From the IMG/VR virus record IMGVR_UViG_2671180986_000004: a stretch of 7,039 bases of DNA; one strand, written 5' to 3'. The position numbers were made by a program, and so were the translations under genes. Below the pieces are notes generated by a model. It was given only the letters and a program-made list of their open reading frames with translations, did no database searches and had not been told where the DNA came from. Each line of letters opens with the position of its first letter. Positions within the stretch are counted from its first letter, which is position 1. The DNA comes from a virus (lineage: Duplodnaviria; Heunggongvirae; Uroviricota; Caudoviricetes). Positions 1 to 7,011 of this stretch are shown here, piece by piece.

Positions 1-134
1 GAGAATGCTTCAGGAGTACATCAGGATCCAATGCCTTGGGGGGTAGCGGTAATTTTACTCATTATCCTTCAAATCAGATTCTGTTGTCAGAGGAATGGGG
101 GAAGCTGGATTCGCAAGAGCTTTTTATGGGCAGT

Positions 135-644
135 TTAGCTAAAAAAAGGCAACACGAAGCTAAAACTACCAACATAAAGTGCTGACCAGCTAGCAGCTGA
201 AATCAGACTCACTGTATACACTTTCACTGGATGAAGTTGCAACATTCCTGCCACCAAAGGAGCAATATAACGCAGCACGGCGATAAAGCGCGAAGTGAAA
301 AGTATTGACACAGAGTTATTTTGCAACTGAAGGCGAACCCGTTCTATTGTATTGGAACGGCTCGATATTATACATGCAAGTTGAGGGATATGCCCAATTA
401 TTATACCAAGATGGTAATTAACGATAGTACCGCACCATGCGCCACTCATGACCGTGATTCCAGCTTCCCATGGTGAAAGAGTCGTCTTGCTGACTGTAAT
501 TACAGTGGCCATCATAATTGATGCTGGTGGCAATATCGCCGAAATGAGTAAAGTGGATTTTGTGAACGCTATTATAAAAAGAAGCCCCCATAGGCGATAT
601 GGATGAAGTACAAAATAGTTCATCAAAGCATTTATCCACTCCAT
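135..644 (-). CDS. DedA/YqaA-family (VTT/SNARE-associated-like) inner membrane protein
   Basis: Stop-free ORF on the - strand with stop TAA (complement of 135-137). The ORF track starts at a TTG (645-647), but the next codon is ATG (complement of 642-644) with an AAGGA Shine-Dalgarno-like sequence about 9 nt upstream, so ATG is preferred. The protein is very hydrophobic with several predicted membrane segments and has a motif (RFIAVLRYIAPLVAGMLQL) matching the R-F-x-P-x-x-R...P-L-x-A-G pattern recalled for DedA/YqaA proteins. Family assignment is from memory. Confidence 0.5.
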   Translation of the reverse strand: MEWINALMNYFVLHPYRLWGLLFIIAFTKSTLLISAILPPASIMMATVITVSKTTLSPWEAGITVMSGAWCGTIVNYHLGIIIGHIPQLACIISSRSNTIERVRLQLQNNSVSILFTSRFIAVLRYIAPLVAGMLQLHPVKVYTVSLISAASWSALYVGSFSFVLPFFS

Positions 645-841
645 CAATGTCTTTCCTTCTGTGAATTTTTCTTTGCTATTTAACCGTGATACGACTTAAT
701 TTAGGCTTAAACACCTTACATTTACAAGGTACTCCTGTGGGGGGCCCTGCCACGGAGCGTCGCAGGAGTGAGTGATGAGGAAGAATTAAAGCAACCTATT
801 GTGACAGGCAGCGATAACAGTAAATCACAGGAAGCATAATC
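645..841. promoter_or_regulatory. Divergent intergenic region between the membrane-protein gene and terS; likely holds promoter(s) and the terS ribosome-binding site
   Basis: About 197 bp of non-coding sequence between divergent start codons. AGGAAG at 829-834 lies 7 nt upstream of the terS ATG (842). GTGACA at 801-806 is -35-like, but no convincing -10 at correct spacing was found by eye. No promoter is mapped with confidence. Confidence 0.25.
731..769. repeat. Perfect 7-bp inverted repeat (ACTCCTG ... CAGGAGT) with a 25-nt GC-rich spacer, about 70 bp upstream of terS
   Basis: Read directly: 731-737 ACTCCTG and 763-769 CAGGAGT are reverse complements; the spacer 738-762 is GC-rich (tggggggccctgccacggagcgtcgc). 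No T-tract follows, so it is not a typical intrinsic terminator. Confidence 0.6.
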
Positions 842-1606
842 ATGGCAAAACCGGACTGGGAGGCCATCGAATCGGCATACCGGGCCGGAGTCCTTAGCCT
901 CCGTGATATAGGCGAGAAATACGGCGTTACAGAAGGGGCTATCAGGAAGAGGGCCAAAAAGCTTGGTTGGGCACGCAGTGGCGGTACGCAGGTTTGCAAA
1001 AATGGTACGCAAAAAAGGAAAGTGCGTACCAGCAGAAAGCCTGCCATTACTGGCCTTACACAAAAAAGTACGCAACTAAAAACAGAATCTACACCGGATA
1101 CGAAACCGATACGCGGAATGCGTACCGATCCCCCGACTAACCCATTCCAACCCGGTAACCAGCAGGCATTAAAACACGGTGGTTATGCCCGTCGCCTTCT
1201 GCTCAAAGATGAGGTGATAGAGGACGCTAAAGCGTTGACGCTCGAGGACGAATTATTTCGCCTTCGTGCTAACAACCTTGTCGCTGCAGAGAATATTGGT
1301 CGGTGGTTGGTGTCGCTGGAAGATGCTAATGGGGACCAGGAAAGGAAGATGCTGATTGAAAATATCAGCGCCGCCGAGAAAGCAATGATGCGCAATACAG
1401 TTCGTATTGAGTCCATCGTTGGCACGCTTGCGACGGTAGGAAAAATATTTGCTGATACAGCCTACCGCAAGGCCGCCACTGATAAGGTGTCTCTGGAGGC
1501 TGATCGTCTTCGCCGTGATGCAGGTATTGATGATGGCAATGGAGAGCGTGACCTCAATGACTTCTACTCTGACATCCAAACCGACGCTGAATCCGGCTTT
1601 ACGTAG
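842..1606 (+). CDS. Phage terminase small subunit (N-terminal helix-turn-helix DNA-binding domain)
   Basis: ATG at 842 with AGGAAG ribosome-binding site at 829-834; 254 aa; stop TAG at 1604-1606. The N-terminus (LSLRDIGEKYGVTEGAIRKRAKKLGW, about nt 893-971) is a classic helix-turn-helix, followed by a basic linker and a helical C-terminal region, as in small terminase subunits. It sits directly upstream of and overlaps the terminase large subunit gene. Confidence 0.8.
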   Translation: MAKPDWEAIESAYRAGVLSLRDIGEKYGVTEGAIRKRAKKLGWARSGGTQVCKNGTQKRKVRTSRKPAITGLTQKSTQLKTESTPDTKPIRGMRTDPPTNPFQPGNQQALKHGGYARRLLLKDEVIEDAKALTLEDELFRLRANNLVAAENIGRWLVSLEDANGDQERKMLIENISAAEKAMMRNTVRIESIVGTLATVGKIFADTAYRKAATDKVSLEADRLRRDAGIDDGNGERDLNDFYSDIQTDAESGFT

Positions 1607-3099
1607 TTTCTGGACTATGCGGGCACGTAACAAAGTGCTTTATGGTGGTCGGTCATCGTCAAAATCATGGGATGCCGCTGGCATTGCCATATTTCTGTCG
1701 AATAAATACACCCTGCGTTTTTGTTGTGCCCGTCAGATCCAGAATAAAATCGAAGAGTCGGTGTATACCCTGCTCAAAATTCAGATAGACAGGTTTGGTC
1801 TGCGGCACCGTTTCCGTATTCTGAACAACAAAATCATTAACCGGGTTACTGGCTCGGAATTTGTTTTTTATGGATTATGGCGCAACATCGAAGAAATTAA
1901 GTCACTGGAGGGGATCGATGTGTTGTGGCTGGAAGAAGCCCACGCACTGACGGAATACCAGTGGAAAATTCTGGAGCCAACGATCCGTAAAGAGGGTTCG
2001 GAATGCTGGTTCATATTCAACCCCGGACTTGTTACTGATTTCGTCTGGCGCAACTTCGTTGTTGATCCGCCCGAAGGCACTCTCATCCGCAAAATTAACT
2101 ATGACGAAAATCCGTTTCTGTCTGACACCATGCTTAAGGTTATCGACGCGGCGCGACGCCGTGATNNNNNNNNNNNNNNNNNNNNNNNNNNNNNNNNNNN
2201 NNNNNNNNNNNNNNNNNNNNNNNNNNNNNNNNNNNNNNNNNNNNNNNNNNNNNNNNNNNNNNNNNNNNNNNNNNNNNNNNNNNNNNNNNNNNNNNNNNNN
2301 NNNNNNNNNNNNNNNNNNNNNNNNNNNNNNNNNNNNNNNNNNNNNNNNNNNNNNNNNNNNNNNNNNNNNNNNNNNNNNNNNNNNNNNNNNNNNNNNNNNN
2401 NNNNNNNNNNNNNNNNNNNNNNNNNNNNNNNNNNNNNNNNNNNNNNNNNNNNNNNNNNNNNNNNNNNNNNNNNNNNNNNNNNNNNNNNNNNNNNNNNNNN
2501 NNNNNNNNNNNNNNNNNNNNNNNNNNNNNNNNNNNNNNNNNNNNNNNNNNNNNNNNNNNNNNNNNNNNNNNNNNNNNNNNNNNNNNNNNNNNGCAGATAT
2601 TGTTTACGACTCTATCGGTGTTGGTGCGTCTGCCGGTGCTAAATTCTCTGAAATTAACGCTGACCGGAAGAGCGAGAACGCATACGCGCGACGTGTGAAT
2701 TACCAGAGGTTTAACGCCGGTGCTGGTGTGCATGAGCCAGATGACGAGTACAACGGCATCCCCAACAAAGACTTTTTCGCAAATCTTAAGGCTCAGGCAT
2801 GGTGGCTGGTGGCTGACCGTTTCAGAAATACGTTTAACGCCATTAACAACGGAGAACAGTATCCTGTGGATGAGCTGATCAGCATAGATTCTCGTTGTCC
2901 GTTGCTTGAAAAGCTGAAACTGGAACTGACAACACCTCATCGTGATTTCGACCGTAACGGACGTGTGATGGTCGAAAGTAAAAAAGACCTCGCAAAACGC
3001 GAGATACCGTCACCAAACGTTGCTGATGCATTCATTATGGCCTTCGCGCCAATCGATACATCGCTGGATATCTGGGAACAGCTGGGGAGACAGGCCTGA
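1557..3099 (+). CDS. Phage terminase large subunit (PBSX/Terminase_3-like ATPase plus C-terminal nuclease), interrupted by a masked N-run and with a coding-frame change across it
   Basis: Walker A-like VLYGGRSSSKS at about 1644-1667 and Walker B-like IDVLWLEE at 1914-1937 are in frame 0. After the N-run (2166-2592) the nuclease-like region (ADIVYDSIGVG ... ADAFIMAFAP) runs in frame +1 to TGA at 3097-3099. Start chosen at ATG 1557 (GGAG at 1541-1544, about 27 residues before the P-loop); the ORF-track start at 1449 is a TTG extension. ATG 1617 is an alternative start. The span 1557-3099 is 1543 nt, not a multiple of 3. Confidence 0.75.
2166..2592. other. Masked or unresolved sequence (427 N) inside the terminase large subunit gene
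   Basis: Contiguous run of n characters; content unknown. Confidence 0.95.
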
Positions 3100-4565
3100 T
3101 GGCACGAAACAAACAAGCCCTGCGGCGAACTGTGCAGGCCACAGCTGATGGTTATGAGAATTTTATTGCCCGCGTAGGGATGCAGACACCTAACCAGCAC
3201 TCAGCATCCACCTACCGGGCTAATTTCACCAGTCGTAACCGCATGCTGGTGGAATGGTCCTATCGTTCATCCTAGATCATCGGCGAAGCAGTCGATGCTA
3301 TCCCGGATGATATGACCCGCAAAGGCATTCGCATCACTTCGGAAATTGATGCAAAAGATCGTGGCATTCTCGAATCACAACTGGATGAGTTGCAAATCTG
3401 GGATGCGCTGAATGACGTGCTGAAATGGTCGCGCCTCTACGGCGGCGCGGTGGGTTTCATCATGATTGAGGGGTAGGCACCAATGACCCCGCTGCGACCC
3501 GAAACCATCGGTAAGGGCAAGTTTAAGGGGATTCTCCCGCTCGACCGCTGGATGGTCGACCCGGCACTGACCCGCCGCATTAAAGATATGGGGCCGGACC
3601 TGGGTAAACCTGAGTTTTACGATGTGGTGACCACAGCAACGGGAATTCCTGCCTGGCGCATTCATCACAGTCGCCTGATTCGCTTTGATGGCGTCACGTT
3701 GCCATTTCAGCAGAAGATGACCGAGAACGAATGGGGAATGTCGGTTGTAGAGCGTATCTGGGATCGTCTTACCGCGTTCGACAGCGCTACTGTCGGCGCG
3801 GCGCAGCTGGTCTACAAGGCGCATTTGCGTACCTACAGCGTGGAGAAGCTACGCGAGCTTATCGCACTTGGTGGTCCTGCGTATGAAGCGTTGCTGAAGA
3901 ATATCGACCTGATTCGACAGTTCCAGAGTAATGAAGGCATGACGCTCATGGACTCGCGGGATAAGTTTGAAACCCATCAGTACAGCTTCAGTGGTCTGGA
4001 TGACATCCTTTCGCAGTTTGTAGAACAGATTAGTGGCGCTGTTGGTATCCCACTGGTGCGGTTGTTCGGACAGTCCCCGAAAGGATTTTCTACCGGTGAT
4101 GCAGACCTTGCCAACTATTACGATCGCATCAGTTCGTTGCAGGAGAGGCGTTTACGTCTTCCGGTGCGGCGGATACTGGACATCATGCATCGTTCGGAAC
4201 TTGGCAAGCCGCTGCCGGACGATTTCACGTTTGAGTTTAACCCGCTCTGGCAAATGTCTGATGTCGATCGCTCAACGGTGGCGTTAAACACCACCAACGC
4301 AATCAGTACGGCGCTGGGTGATGGTCTGATGACACTGAAAGCCGCTATGACTGATTTGCGAGAAAATTCTGACGTAACCGGCATCGGGGCATCCATTACC
4401 GACGAGGAAATCGAGAATGCCGAAGATGAAGCGCCGCCCGGCATCGGCGAACCTGATGACGAACCGCAGGAGCCGTCAGGCGGAAATCCGGTATCGAACC
4501 AGCCTACGCAGGATAGCGAGGGCGGTCGGAGACATCGTAAATGGTCGCTACGATGGTTCAAATGA
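3099..4565 (+). CDS. Phage portal protein reading frame (possibly DUF1073-like); stop-free from ATG 3483, with the N-terminal ~128 codons in the same frame interrupted by two in-frame TAG codons (3273-3275, 3474-3476); possible pseudogene or suppressed amber codons
   Basis: ATG at 3099-3101 overlaps the terminase large TGA (3097-3099) in an ATGA-type junction. Translating frame 0 from 3099 gives MARNKQALRRTVQATADGYENFIARVGMQTPNQHSASTYRANFTSRNRMLVEWSYRSS-TAG-IIGEAVDAIPDDMTRKGIRITSEIDAKDRGILESQLDELQIWDALNDVLKWSRLYGGAVGFIMIEG-TAG-APMTPLRPETIGKGKF..., continuous with the 360-aa ORF 3483-4565. Total about 488 codons, typical of a portal; the stop-free 360-aa part alone would be short. Position after the terminase and the acidic C-terminal tail fit a portal. 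Family name is from memory. Confidence 0.7.
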
Positions 4566-5277
4566 CAGTATCACGGAAATTATTGCGGCGCTGGAGCGTT
4601 ACAGTGAAATCATCACCCCCTGGGCGACAAAGGTCGCGGAAAACTTTACTGCGGACCTAACCCGGCAGAACGAGAAAGTTTGGCGGCAACACAGCAAGAA
4701 CATCAGTCGCGANNNNNNNNNNNNNNNNNNNNNNNNNNNNNNNNNNNNNNNNNNNNNNNNNNNNNNNNNNNNNNNNNNNNNNNNNNNNNNNNNNNNNNNN
4801 NNNNNNNNNNNNNNNNNNNNNNNNNNNNNNNNNNNNNNNNNNNNNNNNNNNNNNNNNNNNNNNNNNNNNNNNNNNNNNNNNNNNNNNNNNNNNNNNNNNN
4901 NNNNNNNNNNNNNNNNNNNNNNNNNNNNNNNNNNNNNNNNNNNNNNNNNNNNNNNNNNNNNNNNNNNNNNNNNNNNNNNNNNNNNNNNNNNNNNNNNNNN
5001 NNNNNNNNNNNNNNNNNNNNNNNNNNNNNNNNNNNNNNNNNNNNNNNNNNNNNNNNNNNNNNNNNNNNNNNNNNNNNNNNNNNNNNNNNNNNNNNNNNNN
5101 NNNNNNNATGGCGATGTCCGAGATTCCCACGATCACATGAAAGGTAAATTCGTCCGCTGGGATTCACCTCCAACTTTGGACGGCATGACCGGCCACGCGG
5201 GCGAGCTGCCAAACTGCCGCTGCTATAAAGAGATCGTGTTTGTTCGCGTTCCATTCGCAATGAAAAGGGCAGCATAA
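4417..5277 (+). CDS. Phage head morphogenesis protein (Mu F-like / SPP1 gp7-like minor head protein), containing a masked N-run
   Basis: The C-terminal segment after the N-run contains HAGELPNCRCY (PNCRC at 5209-5223), matching the conserved motif recalled for the Phage_Mu_F domain. Frame +1 is coherent on both sides of the mask. Stop TAA at 5275-5277, 3 nt before the next gene. The start is uncertain: in-frame ATGs at 4417 (GAGG 9 nt upstream), 4426 and 4456, all inside the portal gene; no in-frame ATG/GTG/TTG exists between 4459 and the mask. Confidence 0.75.
   Translation: MPKMKRRPASANLMTNRRSRQAEIRYRTSLRRIARAVGDIVNGRYDGSNDSITEIIAALERYSEIITPWATKVAENFTADLTRQNEKVWRQHSKNISRXXXXXXXXXXXXXXXXXXXXXXXXXXXXXXXXXXXXXXXXXXXXXXXXXXXXXXXXXXXXXXXXXXXXXXXXXXXXXXXXXXXXXXXXXXXXXXXXXXXXXXXXXXXXXXXXXXXXXXXXXXXXXXXXXXXXXGDVRDSHDHMKGKFVRWDSPPTLDGMTGHAGELPNCRCYKEIVFVRVPFAMKRAA
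4713..5107. other. Masked or unresolved sequence (395 N) inside the head morphogenesis gene
   Basis: Contiguous run of n characters; content unknown. Confidence 0.95.
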
Positions 5278-5280
5278 CCC

Positions 5281-6501
5281 ATGAAATACTTTTTTGAGAC
5301 CAGGCTCGGGGAAACCCGATACCGCCTGGCTGACGGCTCGTTGCTGTGCAAAGACGTGCCGATAGGACGAACAGGTAAGCAGCTCTATGGTGCTGATGAC
5401 CTGCCAAAACTGAAACCCGATAAGTTCGGTGAAATAGTCGTCACGCGTTCTCCTGAGCAGGTATTCCATCCGGCCACGCTTGCCTCATTCGAAGGGATGA
5501 GCATCACGATCCTGCATCCTGAAGATGAAAACGGGAATGTGCGGCTGGTAAATCCCGAGAACTGGAAAGAGCTTGCTGTCGGGCACCTCCAGAATGTCCG
5601 GCGCGGGACGGGTGAGCAGTCTGATTTGATGCTGGCTGACCTTATCGTCAAAGACGAAAGCGCCATTCAGCTTATCGAAGATGGCCTGCGCGAAGTGTCG
5701 TGCGGCTATGACGCGGAGTACGAGCAGACCGAGCCAGGTAAAGCCGAGCAGGTCGATATTACCGGAAACCATGTGGCTCTTGTCCCTAAAGGCAGAGCCG
5801 GAAATCGTTGTGCAATTGGAGACAGAGACACAATGGCAAATCAAAAGAAAAACTGGTGGAACCGCATGCGTGCGGCCATCAAGACAGGAGATGCCGACAC
5901 CATGAACGAACTGGTGGAGTCGGCTCCCGCATCGGTTACAGGAGATGAGGGGGATTTGCCGCAGGGCGTTAATCTCAACATCAACCTGTCCCCGCAGCAA
6001 CCACTACCGGACAAAGCACCAGAGATGGGCGGAGATCCAACCGGCGACAGTGATGATGACCTCAAAACATTACTGAAAGCCCTGCTGGCTAAGCTGGAAA
6101 GAAATGCCACGGGCGATAACGATAATAAGCCTGACGATAATCCGACCGGTGACGGCGAGGACGATGAAGAGGAAACCACGATTACTGGTGACTCAGCCTG
6201 GCGTGCCGAAGTTATCGTTCCGGGTATCGATCTGAGCCGTAAGATGAAACCGACCGCGTTCAAACGCGAGGTTCTGGCTTCTGCTGACAAAACGCTGGTT
6301 CGCCAGATAGTCGGTGATGCGGATATCCGCAAATTACCGAAACAATCGGTCGACATGGCGTTTAATGCCGTGTCTGAGGTTGCCAAAGGGCGAAACACCC
6401 GCGCCACCACCGGCGATGCACAGCGCCTAAACATGGGCATGACCAGTATCGCTTCCCTGAACAAACAAAACGCTGAATTCTGGGCAAACCGTAAAGGGTA
6501 A
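5281..6501 (+). CDS. Phage head-assembly protein, possibly DUF2213-like; putative scaffolding protein with an acidic low-complexity C-terminal half
   Basis: ATG at 5281, 3 nt after the upstream stop; 406 aa; stop TAA at 6499-6501. The N-terminal ~190 aa form a globular-looking domain; the C-terminal half is Asp/Glu-rich, helical-looking, with recurring TGD motifs. Its position between the head-morphogenesis gene and small head-protein genes suits a scaffold or prohead-processing role. Function is inferred from context and recalled family resemblance. Confidence 0.6.
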   Translation: MKYFFETRLGETRYRLADGSLLCKDVPIGRTGKQLYGADDLPKLKPDKFGEIVVTRSPEQVFHPATLASFEGMSITILHPEDENGNVRLVNPENWKELAVGHLQNVRRGTGEQSDLMLADLIVKDESAIQLIEDGLREVSCGYDAEYEQTEPGKAEQVDITGNHVALVPKGRAGNRCAIGDRDTMANQKKNWWNRMRAAIKTGDADTMNELVESAPASVTGDEGDLPQGVNLNINLSPQQPLPDKAPEMGGDPTGDSDDDLKTLLKALLAKLERNATGDNDNKPDDNPTGDGEDDEEETTITGDSAWRAEVIVPGIDLSRKMKPTAFKREVLASADKTLVRQIVGDADIRKLPKQSVDMAFNAVSEVAKGRNTRATTGDAQRLNMGMTSIASLNKQNAEFWANRKG

Positions 6502-6504
6502 AAA

Positions 6505-7011
6505 ATGAATAATGTATTTCTGTACCGGATGCCTGTTGGCATTGCCGGGGCTGTCTCTCGCCCGCAGGACTTAACCGTCGAACCGGTGGTCCTTAAATCC
6601 GATAACGCCTTCGCTGCCTATGGCCTGGCTGGTAAATACGATGATGACGGTTTTTTCGTGCCGCTGGCAGATGGTGATACCGCAGACAAGGTGAAGGGGA
6701 TCTACGTGCGCCCTTATCCGACCACGTCGCAGCCGGACATGGTTCGCCAGGTGGGAACAGGCAAGAACTTCCCGGGCGACGCCATGAAGCGTGGCTACGT
6801 GACCGTTAATCTCGGTTCTGATTTTGATGCCAGCACTATCAAAAAAGGCGATCCGGTATACGTTGTCGTCTCCACTGATGAATCCATCAAAGTGCCGCTG
6901 GGTGGATTCATGTCCACGTCAGTCAGTGGCAAAAACGTGGTGCTGACCAACGCTGAATTCACAGGTGCCGGTGATGCTGACGGCAATGCAGAAATTTCCT
7001 GGAAGATTTAA
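6505..7011 (+). CDS. Small phage head structural protein (putative decoration/cement-type protein)
   Basis: ATG at 6505 with AAAGGG 8-9 nt upstream, 3 nt after the preceding stop; 168 aa; stop TAA at 7009-7011. Gly/Val/Asp-rich, beta-strand-like composition and location just before the window end, where a major capsid gene would be expected. Function is inferred from synteny only. Confidence 0.5.
   Translation: MNNVFLYRMPVGIAGAVSRPQDLTVEPVVLKSDNAFAAYGLAGKYDDDGFFVPLADGDTADKVKGIYVRPYPTTSQPDMVRQVGTGKNFPGDAMKRGYVTVNLGSDFDASTIKKGDPVYVVVSTDESIKVPLGGFMSTSVSGKNVVLTNAEFTGAGDADGNAEISWKI

Noticed and set aside
1-138. Possible 3' end of a + strand gene entering from the left edge (open frame 1-138) and a weak hairpin plus T-run near 103-123
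   Set aside because: Only about 45 codons visible, no recognisable motif, stem only about 5 bp; cannot be supported from this window.
418-639. Nested minus-strand ORF 418-639 (73 aa)
   Set aside because: Alternate frame within the DedA/YqaA-like gene; the hydrophobic membrane-protein frame is the credible one.
731-769. Inverted repeat as a rho-independent terminator
   Set aside because: No downstream T-tract on either strand and a 25-nt loop; not a canonical intrinsic terminator.
1449-1556. Upstream extension of terminase large subunit to the ORF-track start at 1449
   Set aside because: Position 1449 is a TTG; the extension would put over 60 residues before the P-loop and overlap terS by about 160 nt. 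ATG 1557 with GGAG upstream gives a typical N-terminal length.
1604-1630. Genome-wide reassignment of TAG as a sense codon
   Set aside because: Not excluded by this window, since terS would gain only 8 residues before TAA, but Enterobacteriaceae-like codon usage and TAG usable as a normal stop make nonsense mutation or suppression more parsimonious. Kept as an alternative, not a call.
722-1633. Minus-strand ORFs 722-1075, 796-1047, 1183-1425 and 1253-1633 overlapping terS
   Set aside because: Antisense to a well-supported terS gene with helix-turn-helix domain; low-complexity translations, no ribosome-binding sites; typical shadow ORFs.
1868-3200. Minus-strand ORFs 1868-2092, 2140-2940 and 2937-3200
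   Set aside because: Antisense to terminase large subunit coding sequence; 2140-2940 is mostly translated N-run; no independent support.
3375-4561. Minus-strand ORFs 3375-3824 and 4118-4561 and + strand alternate-frame ORF 4033-4287
   Set aside because: Lie inside or antisense to the portal reading frame, whose own frame is far more protein-like; translations are Ser/Arg/Cys-rich and low-complexity.
4657-5407. ORFs 4657-5136 (-), 4680-5147 (+) and 4703-5407 (-)
   Set aside because: Almost entirely made of translated N-run (X residues); artefacts of the mask.
5164-6542. Minus-strand ORFs 5164-5469, 5385-5666, 5485-6000, 5841-6542 and + strand alternate-frame ORF 5681-5905
   Set aside because: Antisense or out-of-frame within the 406-aa scaffold-like gene and the Mu F-like gene; no start context; Ser/Pro-rich shadow translations.
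6795-6986. Minus-strand ORF 6795-6986 (63 aa)
   Set aside because: Antisense inside the small head structural gene; short, no ribosome-binding site.
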